Shown piece by piece: positions 55,536 through 64,000 of a DNA stretch of 64,000 nucleotides. Below the pieces are notes generated by a model, which saw only the letters and a program-made list of their open reading frames with translations, ran no database searches and had not been told where the DNA came from. The DNA is from Polyangiaceae bacterium (lineage in GTDB: Bacteria > Myxococcota_A > Polyangia > Polyangiales > Polyangiaceae). A program made the position numbers and the translations under genes. Within the stretch, counting starts at the first letter, position 1. Every line of letters begins with the position of its first letter. The stretch spans positions 2,560,001 through 2,624,000 of the forward strand of contig CBDCTZ010000016.1 of assembly GCA_965222375.1 (NCBI GenBank), in the 5' to 3' direction.

Positions 55536-56396
55536 TCAGGGTTTGTCGATGGCGTCGAAGCGGTCGGCGATCTCTTCGGCAGTCCACAGGCCCCCGTCGT
55601 CGTCCTTGAGCACGCCCGCAGATTCCAGGAGGCGAAACACGCTCAGCTTGCCGCCCGCTACCGCGAGGACAAGCCCGGTGCGGTCTGCTGAGAGGCTGCT
55701 TGCCAAGAACAGATGCACTCGAGCCACGTGCTGTGGAGTCAGGCTATCCAGCTTCTCGAACATCGGAAGGTCCTCCGTCAGTCGTGTCTTGGCGATGGGA
55801 GCGACTGCGTTGACGAAGATGCCAAATCGCTGCAGTTCGATGGAAGCCGCGCGAGTCAAACCGTAGATGCCTGCTTTGGCCGCGGAGTAGTTCGCTTGAC
55901 CGAAATTTCCGCGCAATCCCGATACGCTCGTGGTGTTGATGATGCGCCCGCCACCAGCGGTGCGCATGTGTTGCGCGGCTGCTCGAAGGCAGTAGAAAGT
56001 GCCGTTAAGGTGCACGTCGAGCACGCTCCGCCACATGTCGTCGGACAACTTCAGCAGGGTCTTGTCCCGCAGGATCCCAGCGTTGTTGACCAGAACGTCC
56101 ACACCGCCGAAGTGACTGATCGCAGATTGGACGATGGCGTCTGCTCCCGCTGATGTTGCGACCGAGTCCGTGTTCGCGACCGCCTCGCCGCCAGCCTTGC
56201 GGATCTCCTCCACCACTGCGGATGCCGCACCCTCGTCGCCACCCGTCCCGTCCCGGGGGCCGCCTACGTCGTTCACGACAACGCGTGCACCCTCTTCGGC
56301 GAAGGCCAGTGCAGTGGCTCGACCAATCCCGTTGGCTGCACCGGTGATGACGACTCGGGTGCCGCTGAGCAGTGTCATCTTGCTCCAGTCGTTCAT
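55536..56396 (-). CDS. SDR family oxidoreductase
   Basis: TGAANGIG, NNAGILRD and NYSAAKAG. Confidence 0.93.
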   Translation of the reverse strand: MNDWSKMTLLSGTRVVITGAANGIGRATALAFAEEGARVVVNDVGGPRDGTGGDEGAASAVVEEIRKAGGEAVANTDSVATSAGADAIVQSAISHFGGVDVLVNNAGILRDKTLLKLSDDMWRSVLDVHLNGTFYCLRAAAQHMRTAGGGRIINTTSVSGLRGNFGQANYSAAKAGIYGLTRAASIELQRFGIFVNAVAPIAKTRLTEDLPMFEKLDSLTPQHVARVHLFLASSLSADRTGLVLAVAGGKLSVFRLLESAGVLKDDDGGLWTAEEIADRFDAIDKP

Positions 56397-56467
56397 TGCC
56401 GCGCCTGAGTCAAGCGCGTGACTGCCAGGGCTTTACTCAGGCCCTGGGTCAGTCCAGAGTGCGCGGC

Positions 56468-57448
56468 ATGCGAGGCTGGATCTCGTGCTTGGCCGCGGTT
56501 CTGTTGGCCGCGTTTCGAGTTCATGCGACGCCCGTCCGTGCTTCACTGAAGGTCGAGGCGTCCGCGGCACCGGCCTGTCCGGACCGGGCTGACCTCGCGG
56601 AAGCCGTATCCGTTCGCCTGGGCCGTGACCCGTTCGCGGCGACGAACTCCAACATAGAAGTTTCAGTCAGGTACCGAAAAGCAGGGACCTGGCAAGCACT
56701 GGTCCATCTTTCGACAGCCTCAGGGCGCTCCCTGGGTGTGCGTGAGATTTCCACGGATGCCGCCGACTGCGCTGCGCTGCGCGACCCAGTCGCGCTCGTG
56801 GTGGCGCTCTTGGTCGACGTTTCTGCCGACGAGCTGCCCCCGGAACCCGAACCGGCGGTGGACGAGCCCACCCGTCCCACAAAGCGCTCCTTGCGGATTC
56901 CCGCGCCGACGCCGAGGGACCCATCGCTACGGGTACTGTGGGCCGTTTCCGCCAGCGCGTCCGCTGGACTGCTTCCAAATCTGGCCGTCGGCGCCCAGGT
57001 GGGCGTGTGGATCGCGCCGTCGAACTTGGTTGCCGTAGGGCTCGGCCTGCAGTTCTGGCCTTCGCAGCGTGACGAGCTCGCTGGACGCCCCGCCGGTGCG
57101 GATATCCGTGCCGATGCTCTTGCGGCAGAGCTATGCGGTCCTCGATTGGACTTGGACTCCCTGTGGCTGCGCCCGTGCCTCGTCCAGCGCTTCAGTCGAC
57201 TCTCCGCCTCGGCATTCGGCTTCGATTCCAACCGGGAGTCCGGGCGGCTTGCCCTGAGCACGGGCCTTGGTGGCCATATGTTCGTTCCGCTGCTGGGCTC
57301 TTTGGGTGCATTTTCGTCGGTCTCAGCGGACTTTCACTGGCTGAGGGATCGTTTCGTATACGCGCGCTCCGATGGTACACGCGGGGAATTGCACCGCCCG
57401 GCCCCGGTAGTGGGGTTTTTGCAGGTCGGACTCGGGCTAAGCTTTTAG
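56468..57448 (+). CDS. Exported protein with N-terminal domain and probable small beta-barrel
   Basis: Signal peptide …VHA; alternating amphipathic strands; ends QVGLGLSF. Confidence 0.7.
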   Translation: MRGWISCLAAVLLAAFRVHATPVRASLKVEASAAPACPDRADLAEAVSVRLGRDPFAATNSNIEVSVRYRKAGTWQALVHLSTASGRSLGVREISTDAADCAALRDPVALVVALLVDVSADELPPEPEPAVDEPTRPTKRSLRIPAPTPRDPSLRVLWAVSASASAGLLPNLAVGAQVGVWIAPSNLVAVGLGLQFWPSQRDELAGRPAGADIRADALAAELCGPRLDLDSLWLRPCLVQRFSRLSASAFGFDSNRESGRLALSTGLGGHMFVPLLGSLGAFSSVSADFHWLRDRFVYARSDGTRGELHRPAPVVGFLQVGLGLSF

Positions 57449-57458
57449 CGGTAATAAC

Positions 57459-58031
57459 TTGAGCACTGGCCTCCCACTCACTTCTCCAGAGCTGCCCGCA
57501 TCTGAGCGGGCAGAACAACTGGACCGAGGGCGCAATCGTCTGGAGATCGCGGAAGTATTTGGTGAGCACGGTGCATTCGTCTGGCGAGCTTTGCGGCATT
57601 TCGGGATCCGGGAGGCCGACCTGCCCGACATCACTCAAGAGGTCTTCCTGGTCGCTCACCGCAAACTGGCCGACTTCCAAGGGCGCTCGTCCATCAAGAC
57701 CTGGCTCTACGGAATCTGCCTGCGCACGGCCTCAGACTATCGGCGCAAGGCTTACAATCGGCGTGAAGTCGCGGTCGAGGCCTTGCCGGAACAGGCGGCG
57801 GAGCCTCCGCAGCCACAGGCCGTTGAACGCAAACAGCTGCGGCAGCGCATTCAAGCGTTGCTCGATGCCCTCGACGACGACAAGCGTGAGGTCTTCGTTC
57901 TCTACGAGATCGAGGAGCTGCCAATGAAGCAGATAGCCGAAGTGGTTGGGGTGCCGCTGCAGACGGCCTACTCGCGGTTGCACGCCGCCCGGCGTGCGCT
58001 TGCAAAAGAGCTTCAGGGGGGCGACGAGTGA
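57459..58031 (+). CDS. ECF sigma factor
   Basis: DITQEVFL, TWLYGI and EVFVLYEIEEL...TAYSRLHAAR. Confidence 0.93.
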   Translation: MSTGLPLTSPELPASERAEQLDRGRNRLEIAEVFGEHGAFVWRALRHFGIREADLPDITQEVFLVAHRKLADFQGRSSIKTWLYGICLRTASDYRRKAYNRREVAVEALPEQAAEPPQPQAVERKQLRQRIQALLDALDDDKREVFVLYEIEELPMKQIAEVVGVPLQTAYSRLHAARRALAKELQGGDE

Positions 58032-58723
58032 AGGAGCCAGCGCGGCTCAGTGAAGGCTCCGGCGAACTCGCGGCGCTGCTGCGGGACGCTCGCGGGGATC
58101 TGCCGACGCAATCCGAGCTTGCGCAGGTTGCGGCGGAGCTATCGAAATTGCCGCCCATCGTCGCCGGGGGCGCTGGGAGCGCGGGTGCGGCAACCGCAGT
58201 GGGTGTCGGCGGCGGCAAGGTCGTTGCGGTCCTAGTGGTGGCGTGTGGAATATTCGCTGCGTCGATTTATGGCGTCATCAAGACGTCGCGGCCCCGGCTC
58301 GCGCCGGCTGTGCCCATCGTTTCTCACACTCAGACTCCAATCCAAGCCTCTGTGCCGACGACGTCGGCGCAGCTGGCGCCACCCGCGGTCCAGGCCCCCG
58401 CCGTCGAAAAAGAGGCCGAACTCCCTTCGACGCAGCCTGCGCCTGCGGTCAAGCGCGGCCGACCTAGCGAGTCGCAGCTTCTGGACGCCGCCAGGAGCGC
58501 GCTGGCATCTTCGCCGGACCGAGCTCTCGCGCTGACGCAGCGGCATGCCCAGTTGTATCCCAAGGGGGTCCTCGTCCAGGAACGCGAGGTCATCGCGATC
58601 GAGGCATTGAAGCGGAAAGGAAGCGAAAGCGCTGCCCAGAAGCGAGCGACCGGGTTCGAGCGCAAGTTCCCGAATTCACCCCACAAAAACAAGATCGAGA
58701 AGCTCCAAGGCGCCAAGCCTTGA
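58028..58723 (+). CDS. Putative anti-sigma factor (TM, Pro linker, periplasmic TPR-like domain)
   Basis: GTGA-coupled to the ECF gene; one TM; YPKGVLVQERE...FPNSP. Confidence 0.75.
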   Translation: MKEPARLSEGSGELAALLRDARGDLPTQSELAQVAAELSKLPPIVAGGAGSAGAATAVGVGGGKVVAVLVVACGIFAASIYGVIKTSRPRLAPAVPIVSHTQTPIQASVPTTSAQLAPPAVQAPAVEKEAELPSTQPAPAVKRGRPSESQLLDAARSALASSPDRALALTQRHAQLYPKGVLVQEREVIAIEALKRKGSESAAQKRATGFERKFPNSPHKNKIEKLQGAKP

Positions 58724-58761
58724 TAAACCACCGCAGGCCCTGCCACGTACCGTCGAGCGGC

Positions 58762-59679
58762 ATGTCGCGCCCGATCGGCCCCACTTTTCTTCTTTGCGTA
58801 CTCTGCGCTGGCGTACTGAGTTTGGCTTCGGCCTGTGGCGACGACGTCGAAGTCGGTGCGGACGGGACGGGTGGCGGGGCTGGGAGCGGCGCCCAGGCCG
58901 GGTCCGGGGGCGCGGCCGGGGGAGGCGGAAACGCTGCATCTGGCATCGGCGAGTGTCAGGGCAAAGTCTATCAATGTGGTGACCTCCTCGACAACGACGG
59001 TGACGGCCTGGCCGATGCGGCCGACCCAGATTGCCTTGGCCCTTGCGACAACACTGAAGACTCGTACTACGGCGGGATCCCAGGCCAGAACAACGCGCCG
59101 TGTCGGCAGGACTGCTACTTCGACCAAGACACGGGCACGGGCAACGACGAGTGCTACTGGAACCACCAGTGCGATCCCCTCTCAGTAGCGCCCGGCTATC
59201 CTCCCAGCGGCGATAACAAGTGTGGTCACGACCCGAAGGCGAAAACGTCGGGCACGCCAAAGTCCTGCGCGGAGCTGAAGATGTCCCAACTGGCACAGTG
59301 CGAGAGCTATTGCGGGCCCCTGACGCCGAACGGCTGCGATTGTTTTGGCTGTTGCGAGTTGCCCGCGGGTAGTGGCACCCACATCTGGCTGGGCTCCACT
59401 GTCGCGAACGTGGGCAGTTGTGATCGCGCCAGTCTAAGCGACCCGAGCAAGTGCAAACCGTGTACGCCGGTTCCATCTTGTTTCAACGATTGCGGCGAAT
59501 GCGAACTGTGCATTGGCAAGGACGCGCTGCCCGCCAAGTGCGCTCCAGATGCGGGGACCGATGCCGGCGTACCGGCACAATGCCCCACAGGGATCCAGGC
59601 CTGCGGACTCACAGGACAAGAGCCGTGCCCACCGGGTGCGTACTGCATCACCGGCTGTTGCAGACAGGTACCACGCTGA
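58762..59679 (+). CDS. Cys/Asp-rich lipoprotein
   Basis: Lipobox ASAC; DNDGDG and CYFDQDTGTGND; paralogous to the C-terminus of 61114-63753. Confidence 0.85.
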   Translation: MSRPIGPTFLLCVLCAGVLSLASACGDDVEVGADGTGGGAGSGAQAGSGGAAGGGGNAASGIGECQGKVYQCGDLLDNDGDGLADAADPDCLGPCDNTEDSYYGGIPGQNNAPCRQDCYFDQDTGTGNDECYWNHQCDPLSVAPGYPPSGDNKCGHDPKAKTSGTPKSCAELKMSQLAQCESYCGPLTPNGCDCFGCCELPAGSGTHIWLGSTVANVGSCDRASLSDPSKCKPCTPVPSCFNDCGECELCIGKDALPAKCAPDAGTDAGVPAQCPTGIQACGLTGQEPCPPGAYCITGCCRQVPR

Positions 59680-59690
59680 AAGGATGAAAC

Positions 59691-61058
59691 ATGAAAGGGT
59701 TGTTGAGAAAGTTCTGCCTCATAGCCATCTCCGTAATGGTGATTTCCTGCGGCAGCGATGATGAGGAGGAGCCCAAGGCTGACACTTGTGATCTCGCCGC
59801 TCAATCGGGCTGCGAAAGTGGTCAAGTATGCGAATCCGGCCCTGACGGAAAGCCAGCCTGCTACGCCCCCGTGAATATTTCCGGGCGGGTATTCGATGTT
59901 TCCGATGACAGCGCCATCGAGGGAGCGCGAGTGGTCGCGCGGGACGCGAACGAAGTTGCCATATCCGGTGTCGCAACAACCGATAAAGACGGAAGGTACA
60001 CACTGCGGGTTCCGGCAGAGCGGAATGCTGACGGCAAGCCGGTCAAGACCGACTACACGCTGCGCGCAGACGCAGCCTCCTATGTGACGTTCCCGAAGGC
60101 ACCAAGAATTGCGCTGCCTGTGGACGTTGCCACCGCGACAGGGGATCCGCTGACGGTTTCCAACGCGGCGACGGATGTCGGGCTGGTGCCTTTGGAAAAC
60201 GCCTCGGGGTTGGGCGCCATTTCCGGAAAAGTCCTTGCGGACAACCCTGGAGGCACTCTGGTGGTTGCAGCTGGGCTCACGGCCACCTCAGACACGGATG
60301 GTGACTACACGATTTTCAACGTACCCGCCGGGTCTCACGAGGTGCGCGGCTACCTCTCGGGAGTCAACCTCGCCGCTCAAAGCGCGGATGTGAAGGCTGA
60401 CGAAACCACCGGCGGCGTGGACATGGATGTACTCGGGGACGCGACTGCGACGGTGAGCGGTAACGTGAACATCGTCAATGCGCCCGGGGGCTCGGTCACC
60501 TCGGTGATCCTCGCGGTCAAGGACACTTTTGTCGCCACCGCGGCCCGAGGCGAAGCACCTCCTGGGCTTCGGGCGGCGGGCGTCACGGGTGCGTTCAGTA
60601 TCGACGGCGTCCCCGACGGAACCTACGTGGTTCTTGCGGCGTTCGAGAACGACGGACTGGTGCGCGACCCGGATGTCAACATCGGTGGAACTGCCATCGT
60701 CGAGGTGACCGCCGCGGGCAACGACGTAACTCTATCTGACAACTTCAAAGTGACCGGAGCATTGGAGGTCTTCGCTCCTGCTGACGGCGCGACATCGTCG
60801 ACGCCCGCTTTCAGCTTCGAGGACGATTCGAGCGAAGAAACCTACACAGTTTGGCTCTTTGACGTGCTGGGCAACGAGGTCTGGAAGAAAGAGGGCATCG
60901 TGGGCCCGAAGGGCAATAAACCCGTCGATGTGAGCTACGACGGGGACATTAATCTCCTGAAACCCAACACCTTCTACCAGTTCCGTGCGGTGAGCATCAA
61001 AGCGGGCTCGGCCATCTCGGCGACAGAGGACTTGAAGGGGGTATTCTTCTTCGAGTAA
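59691..61058 (+). CDS. Lipoprotein with carboxypeptidase-regulatory-like (prealbumin-fold) domains
   Basis: Lipobox VISC; ISGRVFD...TDKDGRY, SDTDGDY...VPAGSH and GVPDGTY. Confidence 0.85.
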   Translation: MKGLLRKFCLIAISVMVISCGSDDEEEPKADTCDLAAQSGCESGQVCESGPDGKPACYAPVNISGRVFDVSDDSAIEGARVVARDANEVAISGVATTDKDGRYTLRVPAERNADGKPVKTDYTLRADAASYVTFPKAPRIALPVDVATATGDPLTVSNAATDVGLVPLENASGLGAISGKVLADNPGGTLVVAAGLTATSDTDGDYTIFNVPAGSHEVRGYLSGVNLAAQSADVKADETTGGVDMDVLGDATATVSGNVNIVNAPGGSVTSVILAVKDTFVATAARGEAPPGLRAAGVTGAFSIDGVPDGTYVVLAAFENDGLVRDPDVNIGGTAIVEVTAAGNDVTLSDNFKVTGALEVFAPADGATSSTPAFSFEDDSSEETYTVWLFDVLGNEVWKKEGIVGPKGNKPVDVSYDGDINLLKPNTFYQFRAVSIKAGSAISATEDLKGVFFFE

Positions 61059-61113
61059 TCTGGGGAGTCTCGGACTGTCGGCTACTCAGTTCGCACTGAG
61101 TTAGGGGATCATC

Positions 61114-63753
61114 ATGCGGTATCGCTCATCATTCTTGGTGCTCACGTTTGCAGTTGGGCTGGGCCTCTCGTCGGGTTGCGGAGGCGGCGACGAGGCGGGT
61201 TCGACGTCCACGGGTGGCCAGGATGCCGGAGTGGACGGCGCTTCGGGTAGTGGAGGAGTCATCTCGACGGGTGGCACCTCAGGTAGTGGCGGCGGCAGCG
61301 CCGGCACAGGAGCAGCCGGCGCGTCGGGCTCGAGCGGCGCGTCGGGCTCGAGCGGCGCGTCGGGCTCGAGCGGCGCGTCGGGCTCGAGCGGCGCGTCGGG
61401 TTCAAGCGGTGCGTCCGGTTCGAGCGGTGCGTCGGGTTCTGGTGGCGCCGCCGGTGCAGACGGAGGCTCCACGGGTGGAGCGGCCGGTAGTGGCGGAGCG
61501 GCCACCGGTGGTGCGGCTGGCAGCGGCGGAGTGGCCACAGGTGGCGCCGCCGGTTCAGACGGAGGCTCCACGGGTGGAGCGGCCGGTAGCGGCGGAGCGG
61601 CCACCGGTGGCGCCGCGGGGAGCGCCGGCGCGGCCGGTAGCGGCGGAGCGGCCACCGGTGGCGCCGCGGGGAGCGCCGGCGCGGCTGGCAGCGGCGGTGC
61701 GGCGGGGGCCGATGCCGGGCCGCCCGAGTGCGTCACGAATGGAGATTGCGACAACCTCTCCTACTGCGACGGGGTGGAGACCTGCTCTGGCGGCAAATGT
61801 GTGGCTGGAACGCCGGTGGTGTGCGCCGACGATGGCAAGTCCTGCACTGCGGAGGTCTGCGACGACGTGTCCAAGACTTGTAAGACGGTTCTTCAGGACT
61901 CGAAGTGCTCCGACAACTTGTTCTGCACTGGAACCGAGAAGTGTGACCCCAGCGCGTCGGGCTCAGACCCCACGACCGGGTGCGTCGCGGGCACGCCGGT
62001 CGCTTGTGACGACGGGATCTCCTGCACCGTCGACACCTGCAGCAATTCTCAGGGCAAGTGCGTGTTCTTGCCCAACAACACGCTATGTGACAACGGCACT
62101 TACTGCGATGGTGCGGAAGTTTGCGACCCGCCCAACGGGGCAGTGGGCACTGGATGCAAAGCCGGGACCGCCATCGACTGCGAAGACGGCGTGGGCTGCA
62201 CCCAAGACTCTTGCGACGAGACGTCGAAGTCGTGCCTGCACAACCCGAACCACAACGCATGCTCCGACAACGTGTATTGCAACGGCACCGAGGTTTGCAG
62301 CCTCACCCAGGACTGCATAGCGGGCACGCCTGTCAGCTGCGCTTCCGATGGGTACTCCTGCACGGAGGATGCTTGCGATGAAGCTCTGAAGACATGCACC
62401 TCCACACCGAACAACGCACTGTGTGCTTCCGGCGAGATCTGCACGGGTACCGGAACCAACCCGGGCACTGGCTGCACGACCTTGGCGTGCACCCAAAACT
62501 CTCAATGCGACGACCTCAATCCCTGCAACGGTGTAGAGACTTGTGACACCTCGGTGCCGGGCGGACAGTGCGTCAGCGGCACGCCGGTGAACTGTGATGA
62601 TGGGATTCAGTGCACCCTGGACGAATGCGATCCCACAAACGGTCAGTGCAAGTACACGCCTTTCAGCGGGGTCTGTAACGACGGCAACGCGTGCAACGGA
62701 ACCGAAACGTGCGTCGTGGGCACGGGTTGCACCGCCGGCACGCCGCTCACCTGCGACGACGGGATCGCCTGTACGATCGACACATGTATCCAGGCGCTGG
62801 GTTGCTTCTACCAGCCGGATCCAACCCCCTGCCAGGACGGCTCCACGTGCAATGGTGAGGAAACCTGCAGCGCTACTCTAGGGTGTCAGCCCAGTCCGGG
62901 GCCGCTGCAATGCGCGGATGACGGCATCGCATGCACGACGGAGGCGTGCGTCGAGGGTGTGGGCTGCGTATCCACTCCCGACAATAACAGCTGCGCCTGC
63001 GGGCAAACCTGCAACCCGACCCAAGGTGGTTGCGGGTTCTTCTGCAACGTTTCGACCTGTCAAGGCAAGACCTATCAGTGCGGAGATTGCTTGGACAATG
63101 ATGGCGACTGCAAGATCGATAGCGCTGACGATCATTGCATCGGCGTTTGCGATAACAACGAGCAGGGGTTCAAGGGCAACATTTCTGGTCAGAATAACGC
63201 CCCGTGCAAAGCCGACTGCTACTTCGATCAGGATACCGGTTCGGGCAACGACGACTGCCACTGGAGTCACAAGTGTGACCCGCTTGCTGTCGCTCCGGAC
63301 TACCCGCCCGAAGGTTCGAAGTGCAAGTACAACCCGAACACGAATATCCCTGGGACGGGCCAAACTTGCGCTCAGCTCCAGGCGGCGCAGTCGGCGCAAT
63401 GCGGCACCTACTGCGGCCCCCTCGTGCCCAACGGCTGTGACTGTTTTGGCTGCTGTGCAATCCCCGGAGCCCCGACCACCGTGTATCTCGGATCCGAGGA
63501 CAGCGGAGGCAACGGAAGCTGTGACTTGCAGAGCTTGAACGACCCGCAGAAGTGCAAACCCTGCACCCAGGTCGCCGCCTGTTTGAATACCTGCGAGAAT
63601 TGCGAAATCTGCATAGGCAAGCCAACACTGCCGCCTGAGTGCACGGGTCAGACTTGTCCTCCGGGTCGGCAGCAGTGCGGCCTGCCTGGGCAGCAGCCTT
63701 GCCCGGCGGGTGAGTTCTGTGTGACGGGCTGTTGCCAGCCCGTCCCGCAGTAG
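61114..63753 (+). CDS. Large Cys-rich repeat lipoprotein
   Basis: Lipobox SSGC; Gly/Ser/Ala linker; tandem CxGxExC...CDDGxxCTxDxC units; terminal Cys/Asp domain. Confidence 0.9.
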   Translation: MRYRSSFLVLTFAVGLGLSSGCGGGDEAGSTSTGGQDAGVDGASGSGGVISTGGTSGSGGGSAGTGAAGASGSSGASGSSGASGSSGASGSSGASGSSGASGSSGASGSGGAAGADGGSTGGAAGSGGAATGGAAGSGGVATGGAAGSDGGSTGGAAGSGGAATGGAAGSAGAAGSGGAATGGAAGSAGAAGSGGAAGADAGPPECVTNGDCDNLSYCDGVETCSGGKCVAGTPVVCADDGKSCTAEVCDDVSKTCKTVLQDSKCSDNLFCTGTEKCDPSASGSDPTTGCVAGTPVACDDGISCTVDTCSNSQGKCVFLPNNTLCDNGTYCDGAEVCDPPNGAVGTGCKAGTAIDCEDGVGCTQDSCDETSKSCLHNPNHNACSDNVYCNGTEVCSLTQDCIAGTPVSCASDGYSCTEDACDEALKTCTSTPNNALCASGEICTGTGTNPGTGCTTLACTQNSQCDDLNPCNGVETCDTSVPGGQCVSGTPVNCDDGIQCTLDECDPTNGQCKYTPFSGVCNDGNACNGTETCVVGTGCTAGTPLTCDDGIACTIDTCIQALGCFYQPDPTPCQDGSTCNGEETCSATLGCQPSPGPLQCADDGIACTTEACVEGVGCVSTPDNNSCACGQTCNPTQGGCGFFCNVSTCQGKTYQCGDCLDNDGDCKIDSADDHCIGVCDNNEQGFKGNISGQNNAPCKADCYFDQDTGSGNDDCHWSHKCDPLAVAPDYPPEGSKCKYNPNTNIPGTGQTCAQLQAAQSAQCGTYCGPLVPNGCDCFGCCAIPGAPTTVYLGSEDSGGNGSCDLQSLNDPQKCKPCTQVAACLNTCENCEICIGKPTLPPECTGQTCPPGRQQCGLPGQQPCPAGEFCVTGCCQPVPQ
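61318..61443. repeat. Seven 18-bp tandem repeats (GASGSS)
   Basis: GGCGCGTCGGGCTCGAGC x4 perfect, then three diverged copies. Confidence 0.92.
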
Positions 63754-63815
63754 TTTGGTCCCTGTGGACTCAGCCTAATTGTACCGGGCGCAAAATTTCG
63801 TCATGCTCCCGGGCC

Positions 63816-64000
63816 ATGCGTACGTTCTGCATTGCACTAGCCCTCAGTGCGGTCTTGGTTGGCTGCGAAGAGCAGCCCAAGCCTGAGCCCGTCGAAAAGA
63901 AACCGGCGCGAGTCGCCGAGGGGCCACCCCCCATGGGGTCGGCTCTGCGCAACAAGCTGAAGGAGCGACCCAAGGGCGTCGCTAGTGCGGTGGCCCAAGC
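63816..64000 (+). CDS. Lipoprotein, 5' part (runs off window)
   Basis: MRTFCIALALSAVLVGCEEQPKP; open to the window end. Confidence 0.75.
   Translation, partial: MRTFCIALALSAVLVGCEEQPKPEPVEKKPARVAEGPPPMGSALRNKLKERPKGVASAVAQ

Noticed and set aside
61318..61700. Repeats as a CRISPR array
   Set aside because: No spacers, in-frame coding repeats, no cas genes

Overview
GC-rich bacterial DNA with a Myxococcota-like (probably Polyangiales) gene complement; the taxon is inferred from gene content only. Left end (- strand): a complete alternative complex III operon (actA, actB, actC, fused actDE, actF, actG-like) followed by SCO, a caa3-type coxB and a type A2 coxA that runs off the window. Next come a group-2-like sigma70 gene, an ABC half-transporter, an LRR lipoprotein, rpmI-rplT-pheS (no infC or pheT adjacent), a small decayed polysaccharide-type island, carB, an orphan SctO/FliJ-like gene coupled to a lytic transglycosylase, tatA, an aspartate aminotransferase, ctaB and a TonB-C protein. 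Most of the remainder is a cell-envelope and signalling region: four Ser/Thr kinases, many Cys-rich lipoproteins, and a beta-barrel/ECF sigma/anti-sigma trio. Its most interesting signal is a repeated cassette pairing a TPR(-PEGA) protein, which ends in a Gly-rich helical hairpin plus a C-terminal-Phe beta-hairpin, with a variable lipoprotein and often a kinase. Also seen: several deletion scars, two good sigma54 boxes, and repeated signatures of leaderless genes. No rRNA, tRNA, CRISPR array or transposase was recognised. All family assignments are by-eye motif recognition; no searches were run.
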